50,521 nt of DNA from Rickettsiales bacterium. Its GTDB lineage: Bacteria; Pseudomonadota; Alphaproteobacteria; Rickettsiales; UBA1997. The notes below the pieces were generated by a model. The model was not told the origin of the DNA. It made no database searches and was given only the letters and a program-made list of their open reading frames with translations. The translations under genes were made by a program, and so were the position numbers. The stretch spans positions 1-50,521 of the forward strand of contig DATIQT010000067.1 in the NCBI GenBank assembly GCA_035470525.1, written 5' to 3'. Positions 8,583 through 18,079 of this stretch are shown piece by piece. The first letter of the stretch is position 1. Every line of letters starts with the position of its first letter.

Positions 8583-10710
8583 TTTATTTATAGAATTATA
8601 TTCAGAGGAAATACCATACTATTTTTTTGATAAAATAAAACCCGATATAAAAAAAATTATTACAGAACATTTTTTAGAATTAGGTTTAATAGAAAAAAAT
8701 AATATAAATTCAATTTCTGTATATACTACACCTTGTAGAATTATAATATATTGCGATAAGCTTTTAACAAATATAAATATTAAATATAGAGAAATTTGTG
8801 GTCCTAAAGTTAAAGCTACTACTGAAGAAAAGAAAGGATTTTTATCAGCATATAATTTAAAGTCTATTGACGAGTTAGTTGAAAAAGATGGAAATTTAGT
8901 TCTAATTCAAGAAAATTTACAAATAAAAGTTAAAGATGTTTTAGAAAAAAATATGGAAAATATATTGTCATCTATTGCTTCTTCATTCCCGCAAAATATC
9001 AGTTGGATAAATTCAATGAATACTAGATGGATTAGTCCATTGAGAAATATTTTGTGTTTATTTGATAATGATATTTTAAAGTTCAATTTTTGTGATTTAA
9101 CAAGTAACAATCACACTTACGGTCATAAAATATTAATTGGCTTAGATAAAAAAGTAAAAATCGAAAGTTTTGATGATTATCAAATAAAAATGAAAGACAA
9201 TTTTGTAATTTTCAACCAAAACGAAAGAGAGAAGATTATAGTAGATAAAATATTAAAAATAGAAGACGAATTGAAATTAAACATATACAACGATGATAAT
9301 TTCACAAAAAATCTAGTAAAAAAAATAGTAGACACAATGGAATATCCAGATGTTTTCTATGTAAAATTCAACAAAGAATTTTTAAAACTACCGGAAATGA
9401 TAATAACAACAGCTATTTGTAATGATTATAATTGCTTTTGTTTAAAAGATAATATTCAAAATACTATTTCTAATAAAATTATATCTTTTACTAACACAAA
9501 AATAAATGAAAATATAGTTAAAGAATTAGAAAGTGCAATCGATAAAAAATTATCTTTAATAAACTCAAAATTAGCAGAATATTTATCAGAAAGCCTTGAA
9601 GTTAAAATAAATAAATTAAAACAATTACCTTATCATAAAGGTTTTGGTTCAGTGTTTAACAAAATGGAGAGATTGACTGAGTTATCAAAATTCATATGTT
9701 TATGGATACCTCATTGTGATTTGCTTAATACTGAAGAAGCTGCTAAATTATGTAAAATAGACTGCACAACAACATTAACAAAAGACAATCCGATATTAAA
9801 AGGTTATTTATCAGCATATTATGCCGAAGTAAATTCTTACCCAAAAGTCCTTTGTGACGGTATTAAACAATACTATGAACCTAGAAATTTAAAAGATCCA
9901 ATACCATCAACAGACATAGGAAAAATTATTTCTTTAGCAGGACGAATTGATAACATAACAAAATTGTTTATTACAAATGAACAATCAACAAGTTCAAAAG
10001 ACCCTTACGGAATAAGAAAAAACATGGCTTCTGTTATCAAAATATTAGCTGAAGGAGAAATTTCGATACCATTCCAAGTTTTAGTACATAAATCAATAAG
10101 TTTATTCAAAACTGGAATTTACAAAAACAATAACGAATCAAAAATCAGTATAAAACAAAAAATAAACAAAATTAAAGAAGATATCACAAATTTATGCAGA
10201 GACAGATTTTTTAGTTTTTTAAAAGATTGTGGATACGATGAAAAAATAATTGCATTAGTATTTGACAAAAAAAACAAACAAAATAAACCAGCTTTAAATG
10301 TTTATAATATATACAAAAAGATTGTCATAGTTGACAATTATGCAAAAGAAAATCCAGAAAAAATGGTTTTAATAAAAAATAGCTATAAAAGAATAAAAAA
10401 TATATTAGCTGATTCAAAAATTGAAAAAAAGATACCTTTATTTACAAAAATAATACGAAAATTATCTAAAAAGACCAGAAATGACCACATACTAATAACA
10501 AAAATCAGTGATTTAAGAATTGATATGAAAAGAGAAATTAAGCTACATAATTATAGTTTATGTTTAGATTTATTGTATGAATTTTCTAATGTTTTAAGCA
10601 GATATTTTGAAACAAATATAATCATGTCAAAAAATATAGCCGAAAAAAATGCTAAATTATATTTGATGTATAAAACTAAAAATATTTACGAAAGTTTATT
10701 ATATTTTTAA
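8575..10710 (+). CDS. glyS: Glycine--tRNA ligase beta subunit homologue (divergent)
   Basis: The N-terminus MSNLFIELYSEEIP matches the canonical ...E.GTEELP. VYTTPCRI matches TPRRL, YGHK matches RGHRF, and KDPYGIRK matches DPFALRR. It has an 8-nt overlap with the glyQ stop. An alternative ATG lies at 8563. Confidence 0.65.
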   Translation: MSNLFIELYSEEIPYYFFDKIKPDIKKIITEHFLELGLIEKNNINSISVYTTPCRIIIYCDKLLTNINIKYREICGPKVKATTEEKKGFLSAYNLKSIDELVEKDGNLVLIQENLQIKVKDVLEKNMENILSSIASSFPQNISWINSMNTRWISPLRNILCLFDNDILKFNFCDLTSNNHTYGHKILIGLDKKVKIESFDDYQIKMKDNFVIFNQNEREKIIVDKILKIEDELKLNIYNDDNFTKNLVKKIVDTMEYPDVFYVKFNKEFLKLPEMIITTAICNDYNCFCLKDNIQNTISNKIISFTNTKINENIVKELESAIDKKLSLINSKLAEYLSESLEVKINKLKQLPYHKGFGSVFNKMERLTELSKFICLWIPHCDLLNTEEAAKLCKIDCTTTLTKDNPILKGYLSAYYAEVNSYPKVLCDGIKQYYEPRNLKDPIPSTDIGKIISLAGRIDNITKLFITNEQSTSSKDPYGIRKNMASVIKILAEGEISIPFQVLVHKSISLFKTGIYKNNNESKISIKQKINKIKEDITNLCRDRFFSFLKDCGYDEKIIALVFDKKNKQNKPALNVYNIYKKIVIVDNYAKENPEKMVLIKNSYKRIKNILADSKIEKKIPLFTKIIRKLSKKTRNDHILITKISDLRIDMKREIKLHNYSLCLDLLYEFSNVLSRYFETNIIMSKNIAEKNAKLYLMYKTKNIYESLLYF

Positions 10711-10717
10711 TAAAAAA

Positions 10718-10993
10718 ATGCAAAACATAAAGAATTACAAATTTATAGAAGAATTAAAATTACTACCTTTTGTGAAGGAAGTTTGGCTTTACGGTTCAAG
10801 AGCAAGAGGCTATAATGAAGAAAAATCAGACATAGACTTAGCAATTATTTGCAATGAGAATTATGATTCGAGCAAAATTACAGAAATAATTGAAAATGCA
10901 GACACTTTATTAGAAATTGATTATATTGATTTTAATAAATTAAAAGATAATAAATTTAAAGAAAGAGTAAGAAAAGAAAAAGTAGTTTTATGA
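10718..10993 (+). CDS. mntA: MntA-type minimal nucleotidyltransferase (type VII antitoxin)
   Basis: NTase motif LYGSRARG...SDIDLAI. The ORF has 91 aa and a 4-nt ATGA overlap with the next ORF. Confidence 0.7.
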   Translation: MQNIKNYKFIEELKLLPFVKEVWLYGSRARGYNEEKSDIDLAIICNENYDSSKITEIIENADTLLEIDYIDFNKLKDNKFKERVRKEKVVL

Positions 10994-11394
10994 ATCAAAA
11001 AATTTTAGACAAATTTAAAAATCTAACTAAAGCTTTTGAAAAATTTTCAGAAATTGTAAGTGCTGAAGTTGAAGATGAAATAATCAAAAGAGATGCTTGC
11101 ATTCAACGATTTGAATTTACAATAGAATTATTTTGGAAATTCTTAAAATTATATATGATTGAAAATGGGGAAAAAGAAATTAATTTTCCAAGAGAAGTAT
11201 TACAAAAAGCTTACAAATACAATTTAATAAACAATGAAGAAATCTGGTTAAACATGTTAACAGATAAAAATAGAACTTCTAACATTTACGATGAAGAAGA
11301 AATTGAAAAAATTTATAGCAATATAAGAAATAACTATTATAATGAGATGAAAGCTTGCTATAATTTGTTAAAAGAAAGAGTAAAAAGTGATTAA
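10990..11394 (+). CDS. hepT: HepT-like / HI0074-family nucleotidyltransferase substrate-binding protein (toxin partner)
   Basis: 134-aa helical protein with the RDA.IQRFEFT.EL.WK.LK pattern typical of the HI0074 family. It is translationally coupled to mntA. Confidence 0.6.
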   Translation: MNQKILDKFKNLTKAFEKFSEIVSAEVEDEIIKRDACIQRFEFTIELFWKFLKLYMIENGEKEINFPREVLQKAYKYNLINNEEIWLNMLTDKNRTSNIYDEEEIEKIYSNIRNNYYNEMKACYNLLKERVKSD

Positions 11395-11470
11395 TAAAGA
11401 AATTAAATTCGTAGTCGTCTGTTAAGTAATTTCAATAAAAATTACCAAATTATTACTTAATATTAAAAAT

Positions 11471-14407
11471 ATGACTAAATTAAATAAAAAATATATCTTC
11501 GCAGAAAGCGAAAAAAAGTGGCAAGAATATTGGCAAGAAGCTAAAATTTTTCAATTCAATTGGAATGACACAAAAAGAGAAAATATCTATTCAATAGATA
11601 CACCACCGCCTCATGTTTCTGGCGCATTGCATATGGGACACATTTTTGGTTATTCTCAAATGGATACAATCGCAAGATTTCAAAGAATGTCAGGCAAAAA
11701 TGTATTTTATCCAGTTGGTTTTGATGACAATGGTCTTCCATCAGAAAGATATGTTGAAAAAAAGCTTAACATAAAAAGCAAATCAATAGACAGACAAGAG
11801 TTCGTTAAAATTTGTGATAAAGAAATTCAAGATGCTGAACAATTTATGAAAGAAGAATTTATAAAAATGAATTATTCATTTGATTTTGATGAAGCATACA
11901 GAACAATATCTCCAACAGCAAGAAAAGTTTCTCAAATGTCATTTATTGATTTATGCAATAAAAATAAAGTTTATAGAAAAGAAGAGCCGATAATTTGGGA
12001 CGTTGTGGATCAGACAGCTTTAGCACAAACAGAAGCTGAAGATGCAGAGAAAGAAAGCCAGATGAATTATTTGAAGTTTGAATTGACTGACGGAAAAACA
12101 AGAGAGCAATTAGAAATAATGACCACCCGTCCAGAACTTCTCCCAGCTTGTGTTGCTATCTTCACTCACCCAGACAACAAAGACAAATACTTAGGCAAGA
12201 AAGCTATTACTCCGTTAGGTGTTGAAGTTCCTATTCTATTTGATGAAACTGTAGACAAAGAAAAAGGAACTGGTGTAATGATGTGTTGTACTTTTGGTGA
12301 CAATGCAGACGTTGAAAAATATAAAAAATATAATCTTCCTTTGAAAATTATAATTAATGAAAAAGGTTGTTTGTATTTTGATAATGTTCCTGAAATTGAT
12401 GAAAAATATAAATCAGAATTGAATGGTTTATTTACGACTAAAGCTAGAGAAAAAATATTGGAAATTCTCAATGAAGAAGGAAAAATCACTAGAGAGCCTG
12501 AAAAAATTATTCATGCAGTAAAAGTTGGTGAAAGGTCAAAAAGCCCTCTTGAAATTCTTGTTAAAAGTCAGTGGAACATTAATGTTCTTGATATAAAAGA
12601 TGAATTACATAAAAAAGCTGATGAAGTGCAATGGCACCCAGAATGGATGAAAGGTAGAATACACAGCTGGATTGATGGTTTAAGTTGGAACTGGACTATT
12701 TCAAGACAAAGATTTTTCGGTGTCCCAGTGCCATGTTGGTATTCTAAAAAAGATGGAAGTGTAATTTTACCATCTATGGAACAATTACCAGTAGACCCTA
12801 CAGTTGATTTACCTAAAGGTTATACTAAAGATGAAGTAATTGGCGAAACTGACGTTTTTGATACTTGGATGACTTCATCTGTAAGTCCACAATTATCAAC
12901 TCAATCAATCACTGAAGAATTGACTTGCGATAAAGAAAGAGCTAAAACTTTAAATTTACCTTTTGATTTGAGAACACAAGGACATGATATTATTAGAACT
13001 TGGGCTTTCTGTACTTTAACAAAAGCTTATTTACATCAAAATATAATTCCTTGGAAAAATATTTTCGTTAATGGTTTCTGCTTGGCTAGCGATGGAACAA
13101 AAATGTCAAAGTCAAAGGGAAATGGTGTTGATCCAGTTAAAACAATAAATGAATTTGGTGCAGATGCTGTTAGATATTGGGCTTTAAGTTCTCAATTAGG
13201 AACAGATACAAACTATTCAATAGATATGATTAAAATGGGACAGAAATTAATCACAAAATTGTTTAATAGTGCGAAGTTTGCGGAAATGATGTTTGATAAT
13301 TTGGATTCTATGACTCCCCCTTCCACCTTGAGGGGAAGGGGTCAGGGGTTAGGGGTAGAACATCTTTACTCCGAAAAAACTCTTGAGCAAGCTAAAAAAT
13401 TAAGACAAGAGTCAAATTTACCAGAAAAAATTTTGTGGGAATTTTTAAGAAATAATCAATTAAATGGATTAAAATTTAAAAGACAACAACCTATTGATAA
13501 ATATATTGTTGATTTCGCTTGTTTAAGTGAAAATGTTATTATTGAGATTGATGGAAAGGTTCATGAGATTTTTAATAAAGAAAAAGATGAATTAAGAGAA
13601 GAAGCTTTAAGAAAACTAGGTTATAGAATAATTAGATTTAAAGCTAATGAAGTAGTTGATGATACTTTTGGAGTATTAGATAAAATTAGTGAGTTTGTAA
13701 ATAAACCCCTAACCCCTACCCCTTCCCCTCAAGGGGGAAGGGGGAGTAATCTCTCAAATGCTCAACAAGACATTTCAAATGGTTTAATTTTTGAAACAAT
13801 TGACAAATGGCTAATTTCAAGAATTTATTCAACAATTACACAAGCTACAAAATCGCTTGAAAATTATGAATACGGAAAAGCACTTGAAGTTATAGACAGT
13901 TTCTTCTGGAATGATTTTTGTGATAACTATTTGGAAATAGTAAAGGTTAGATGTTATGGTGCAAATGGTACAAAATATCAAGGCATTGAACTATCAAAAG
14001 AAGAAAAAGAAAAAATTGATAGAGAGCAACAAAGCGCAATTAGAACAATTTATTATGTATTCAATGCAATATTGAAATTATACTCTCCATTTACACCTGC
14101 AATTTGTGATGAAATATATTCATGTGTATATGAAAATGAGTTTAATCAAACTAAATCAGTTTCTTCAAGAGGAAATTGGGCAAAATCTATAGATTTTGTT
14201 GAAAACAAAGAAATTGATGAAATTGGAAAAGTTATTTTGAATACAATAACAAATGTTAGAAAAGAAAAATCTGAAAAGAATATTTCAATAAAAGAATTAA
14301 TTGATGAAGTTAAAATCGAAAGTCCTTTGAATGAGAAAATTTCAAAAGACATTGGTTTGATTGAAGATTTAAAAAATGTGTGTAATGCTAAAAAAATAAG
14401 GTTTTAA
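11471..14407 (+). CDS. valS: Valine--tRNA ligase carrying an in-frame insertion of about 144 aa
   Basis: HIGH-type motif PPPHVSGALHMGH and KMSKS (TKMSKSKGNG). An anticodon-binding helical domain follows the insert (DKWLISR...FCDNYLE). Confidence 0.88.
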   Translation: MTKLNKKYIFAESEKKWQEYWQEAKIFQFNWNDTKRENIYSIDTPPPHVSGALHMGHIFGYSQMDTIARFQRMSGKNVFYPVGFDDNGLPSERYVEKKLNIKSKSIDRQEFVKICDKEIQDAEQFMKEEFIKMNYSFDFDEAYRTISPTARKVSQMSFIDLCNKNKVYRKEEPIIWDVVDQTALAQTEAEDAEKESQMNYLKFELTDGKTREQLEIMTTRPELLPACVAIFTHPDNKDKYLGKKAITPLGVEVPILFDETVDKEKGTGVMMCCTFGDNADVEKYKKYNLPLKIIINEKGCLYFDNVPEIDEKYKSELNGLFTTKAREKILEILNEEGKITREPEKIIHAVKVGERSKSPLEILVKSQWNINVLDIKDELHKKADEVQWHPEWMKGRIHSWIDGLSWNWTISRQRFFGVPVPCWYSKKDGSVILPSMEQLPVDPTVDLPKGYTKDEVIGETDVFDTWMTSSVSPQLSTQSITEELTCDKERAKTLNLPFDLRTQGHDIIRTWAFCTLTKAYLHQNIIPWKNIFVNGFCLASDGTKMSKSKGNGVDPVKTINEFGADAVRYWALSSQLGTDTNYSIDMIKMGQKLITKLFNSAKFAEMMFDNLDSMTPPSTLRGRGQGLGVEHLYSEKTLEQAKKLRQESNLPEKILWEFLRNNQLNGLKFKRQQPIDKYIVDFACLSENVIIEIDGKVHEIFNKEKDELREEALRKLGYRIIRFKANEVVDDTFGVLDKISEFVNKPLTPTPSPQGGRGSNLSNAQQDISNGLIFETIDKWLISRIYSTITQATKSLENYEYGKALEVIDSFFWNDFCDNYLEIVKVRCYGANGTKYQGIELSKEEKEKIDREQQSAIRTIYYVFNAILKLYSPFTPAICDEIYSCVYENEFNQTKSVSSRGNWAKSIDFVENKEIDEIGKVILNTITNVRKEKSEKNISIKELIDEVKIESPLNEKISKDIGLIEDLKNVCNAKKIRF
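13314..13746 (+). mobile_element. DUF559 (Vsr-like endonuclease) element with 42-43 bp GC-rich terminal inverted repeats, inserted in frame in valS
   Basis: The left TIR is 13314-13356 (ctcccccttccaccttgaggggaaggggtcaggggttaggggt). The right TIR, 13705-13746, is its reverse complement with 1 mismatch and 1 indel. The interior encodes AKKLRQESNLPEKILWEFLR...GLKFKRQQPIDKYIVDFAC...IIEIDG..H....D..R...L...GY.IIRF.ANEV, the DUF559 signature. Confidence 0.8.
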
Positions 14408-14408
14408 T

Positions 14409-15014
14409 ATGGCGAAAGAAATAGAAGCAAAATTTTTTATAGACAATAAAGATGATATTAGAAAAAAACTATCTAATATCGGTCTTGAACTTATTGACGA
14501 AGAACATTTAATGAAAAGAAAATGTTTTCATTGTAATGATAAAAAAGAAGAAAGAATTTATATTAGAGTGAGAGATGAAGGCAAAAGAATTACGATGACT
14601 TATAAGGAAATCAAGGGAAAAGGTATTAACGATATTGAGGAAATTGAAATTGAAGTTAGTAATTTTGAAAATGCTTGTGAACTTATAACTAAAACAAATT
14701 ATTCCCAAGTTGCCTATCAAGAAAACATGAGAGAGATTTGGAAAAATGACGAAGTTGAGATTGTTATTGATACTTGGCCATTTTTACAAAACTATATAGA
14801 AATTGAAGCTGAGAATGAAGAAACAGTAAAAAAATATGCTAAATTATTGAATTTTGATTTTGAAAAAGAAGCATATTTTGGTGCTGTTGGCGTTCTTTAT
14901 GAAAAACAATATTCCATTCCTGAAAAAGTAATAAATGCTCTTCCTTTATTTCTTTTTGATGATAAAGAATTGAAAACAAAGCTGGAAAGTTATAAAGGTT
15001 CTACATTAAATTAA
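14409..15014 (+). CDS. CYTH-domain protein (CyaB-like class IV adenylyl cyclase / triphosphatase fold)
   Basis: N-terminal EIEAKF (ExExK) motif, 201 aa, with an alternating beta pattern typical of CYTH. Confidence 0.55.
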   Translation: MAKEIEAKFFIDNKDDIRKKLSNIGLELIDEEHLMKRKCFHCNDKKEERIYIRVRDEGKRITMTYKEIKGKGINDIEEIEIEVSNFENACELITKTNYSQVAYQENMREIWKNDEVEIVIDTWPFLQNYIEIEAENEETVKKYAKLLNFDFEKEAYFGAVGVLYEKQYSIPEKVINALPLFLFDDKELKTKLESYKGSTLN

Positions 15015-15138
15015 TTTGTAATTTTAATACAACCTATTGTTATAAACTTTAGGTTGTTCTATGCTAGAAAAATCTTAATTAGTTGTTGTTTTTTAATTTT
15101 TATTTTATATACTATACTTACAGTGCGAAATAGAATAT

Positions 15139-16302
15139 ATGCTATCGGGAAGAGATTATAATATTTTAAGACTATTTAGAAGTAAAAATGTTGGCAGTAG
15201 GACTTTTTTTAAACTTTTAAACTTTTTTGGTGATTGTGAAGATGCAATAGAAAACATAAATGTGTTTAATGAAAAATATTTAAAATCAAAAAATCCAATA
15301 ATAATAGCCTCAAAAGAAGAAATAGACAGAGAGATAGTTGCTTGTTCTACAATAGGTGCAAAGATTATTACCTACATGAATAAAGAATATCCGCAATTGT
15401 TAAGAGAAATTAGTGATTTTCCGCCAATTCTAACAACATTAGGAAATTTTGAATTATTAAATAAACCATCTATTGCTATAGTTGGTTCAAGAGGAGCTTC
15501 TTCTAATGGTTGTAATTTTGCAATAAAAATATCAAGAGAACTTGGAGAAAAGGGTTTTGTAATAACATCTGGTTTTGCAAGTGGTATAGATACTGCGGGA
15601 CACACAGGAGCTCTAAGCACAGGAACTATAGCAGTTCTTGGTGGAGGTATTGATAATATTTATCCTCGAGGCAACGAACATCTATATTATGAAATAAAAA
15701 ATAAAGGATTGATAATATCGGAATTTCCTTTTGGTTCAGTCCCTAGAGCAGAAAATTTTCCATCAAGAAATAGAATTGTTTCAGGTTTATCAAGAGCTGT
15801 AATTATAATAGAAGCAGGAATTAGATCCGGCACAATTCACACGGCAAGACAAGCATTGGAGCAAAATAGAGAGTTATTGGTTGTTCCCGGAAATCCATAT
15901 GATGAAAGATCTGAAGGATGTAATAAATTAATAAAAGAAGGCGCAACAGTAATAACATGTTGTGATGATGTTTTGGAAAATTTAAAAAATTTTAAAGAAA
16001 ATATTGTATACCAAAATTCATTATCTTTGAAAGATAATATAAATACTATATTTGATTTAAATAAAATTGAAACAAATAATACTAGAGTTGAAGAAATTGT
16101 TTTTAAAAATGAGAATAATAAACTAGAAGAATACACAATAAAAGAAAAAATATTATCAAAATTAAACAATACACCAATAGAAATTGAATTATTAAGTTTA
16201 GATTTAAATATTGACATAAATATTTTAAATATAAATTTAATAGAACTAGAATTAGATGGCAAAATCCACATAATCAATGGAAAAGTCTTTATCTGTTACT
16301 GA
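15139..16302 (+). CDS. dprA: DNA-processing protein DprA (Smf)
   Basis: Rossmann-like core with IVGSRGASSNG, SGFASGIDTAGH, FPSRNRI.SGLS and VIIIEAG.RSG. Confidence 0.85.
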   Translation: MLSGRDYNILRLFRSKNVGSRTFFKLLNFFGDCEDAIENINVFNEKYLKSKNPIIIASKEEIDREIVACSTIGAKIITYMNKEYPQLLREISDFPPILTTLGNFELLNKPSIAIVGSRGASSNGCNFAIKISRELGEKGFVITSGFASGIDTAGHTGALSTGTIAVLGGGIDNIYPRGNEHLYYEIKNKGLIISEFPFGSVPRAENFPSRNRIVSGLSRAVIIIEAGIRSGTIHTARQALEQNRELLVVPGNPYDERSEGCNKLIKEGATVITCCDDVLENLKNFKENIVYQNSLSLKDNINTIFDLNKIETNNTRVEEIVFKNENNKLEEYTIKEKILSKLNNTPIEIELLSLDLNIDINILNINLIELELDGKIHIINGKVFICY

Positions 16303-16423
16303 AAATATTACTTTTAAAAAATATTAAAAAAAAATTAAAATAGTATATTAAAAAAGCTTGACAACTACAAATTGCCTACTAATATACTTATTAGTTAACA
16401 ACTCAATAGAGAAGTTAACAAGA

Positions 16424-16484
16424 CATTGGGATAGCAATTTTAGTAAATTGCAAATTATATGCCTCCGTATCCCAATGTTTTTTT
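16424..16484 (+). terminator. Plus-strand rho-independent terminator with a compound hairpin
   Basis: cattgggata (16424-16433) pairs with tatcccaatg (16468-16477), followed by TTTTTTT. An inner hairpin gcaatt...aattgc is present. Confidence 0.55.
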
Positions 16485-16496
16485 ATTATAAAACAT

Positions 16497-17195
16497 TTAA
16501 ATAGTTTCGTCTATATTTTTTTTAATATATTTTATTAAATCTTTAGCAGCATTAATCTCTGCCTCTTTCTTGTTACTTGCTTTACCAGTAATGCGAGGTA
16601 AATTAAATAATTCTACTTGAATTTCAAAAATAGGATTACTTTCCAAACCAGTTTGATCTACAACGGTATATATTGGAATATTATATTTGTTTTTTTGAGC
16701 CCATTCTTGCAACCTAGTTTTTGGGTCTTTTTCTATTACTTTTTGTCCTTTGATTATATCAAACCAATATTTTATTATAAATTTTCTTACAACATCTAGT
16801 CCACCATCTAAATATAAAGCTCCAATAATAGCTTCTACAACATTTTCTATTATTTTTGGGTTATGTCTTCCATCTAATTTCTCTTCACCTTTAGTCATAA
16901 AAATATATTTTCCAATATTAATATTTTGACCTATATGAAATAAGGTTTCAGTACAAACTAAATAAGATTCCCTTTTTGATATTTCCCCTTCATCTAAATC
17001 TTTATATTCATTCAATAACAAGTCTAGTATAATAAAAGACAAAATAGAATCACCTAACAACTCAAGTCTTTCATAACTATTACACTTAAGTTGTTTTGAA
17101 TAGCATAAACTTGGGTGGCTTAATGCTGTAATTAATATTTCTTCATTTTTGAATGAATAATCTAAAGCCTCATATAACTTTTTAAAATCAACCAT
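16497..17195 (-). CDS. rnc: Ribonuclease III
   Basis: The signature ERLELLGDS, EA.IGA.YLD and a C-terminal dsRBD (KT.LQEW.Q). Confidence 0.9.
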   Translation of the reverse strand: MVDFKKLYEALDYSFKNEEILITALSHPSLCYSKQLKCNSYERLELLGDSILSFIILDLLLNEYKDLDEGEISKRESYLVCTETLFHIGQNINIGKYIFMTKGEEKLDGRHNPKIIENVVEAIIGALYLDGGLDVVRKFIIKYWFDIIKGQKVIEKDPKTRLQEWAQKNKYNIPIYTVVDQTGLESNPIFEIQVELFNLPRITGKASNKKEAEINAAKDLIKYIKKNIDETI

Positions 17196-17198
17196 ACT

Positions 17199-18017
17199 TT
17201 ATTTTATTTTAGTAAATATTCTTTCAGTTCTTAAAATATGTCCCCATTTCCAAAATTTTAATAAATTGTCATTTACAGAAAAAAATATAATTCTTGCTTT
17301 ACCAACCAAATTTTCCTCAGGTACAAATCCAGTTTCACTAAATCTGCTGTCAATAGAATTATCCCTGTTATCGCCCATAAAAAAATAATAACCTTGAGGA
17401 ACTATAAAAACAGAAGTATTGTCGCCATTACCATTAGTAATTCTGTCAATAACATCAAAACTCTTTCCATTATCAAGTGTTTCTTTATATTCCTTTACAA
17501 TACTTGTTGGTATATTCTTATATTCAAGAGTCTGTTTTATATATTGTTTTTCAACAGCTTTGTCATTAACATACAAAACACCATCTCTCATCTGTACTCT
17601 ATCACCAGGCAATCCTATTAACCTTTTAATATAATTAATTTTTGGATTTTTTGGCAATCTAAATACCAAAATATCTCCTCTTTTCAAATTATCTTTATTA
17701 AAAAATATTCTACCATTAAAAATTGGCAAACCAAATGGGAAAGAATACCTACTATAACCAAAATCATATTTTGATACAAAAATAAAATCACCCTCTTCTA
17801 AATTTGGTTTCATAGAACCTGATGGTATATGAAAAGGTTCATATAAAAAAGATCTAATAATTAAAGCTATAACCAGTGCTATAAATATATTTTTTGCAGT
17901 ATCTAAAATTCCAGCATCTTCCTTTTCACTAATAATTAAACTTTTCAAAAAAACTAATAATTTTTTTGCGAAAATAGTAAATATTGAAAAAAACTTTTTA
18001 AAAATTTTCTCTAACAT
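17199..18017 (-). CDS. lepB: Signal peptidase I
   Basis: Box B IPSGSMKPNL, box D YIKRLIGLPGD and box E GDNRDNSIDSR, with an N-terminal TM segment. Confidence 0.9.
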   Translation of the reverse strand: MLEKIFKKFFSIFTIFAKKLLVFLKSLIISEKEDAGILDTAKNIFIALVIALIIRSFLYEPFHIPSGSMKPNLEEGDFIFVSKYDFGYSRYSFPFGLPIFNGRIFFNKDNLKRGDILVFRLPKNPKINYIKRLIGLPGDRVQMRDGVLYVNDKAVEKQYIKQTLEYKNIPTSIVKEYKETLDNGKSFDVIDRITNGNGDNTSVFIVPQGYYFFMGDNRDNSIDSRFSETGFVPEENLVGKARIIFFSVNDNLLKFWKWGHILRTERIFTKIK

Positions 18018-18079
18018 AATAATTAAATTTGTAACTTAACAGATGATATATTTCCTATTTTAAAAAGCAATTCAATATT

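Noticed and set aside
13314-13746. An intein in ValRS
   Set aside because: There is no Cys/Ser/Thr at the N-junction, no His-Asn plus Cys/Ser/Thr at the C-junction, and no Hint or LAGLIDADG blocks. The insert has DNA-level terminal inverted repeats and a DUF559 domain instead.
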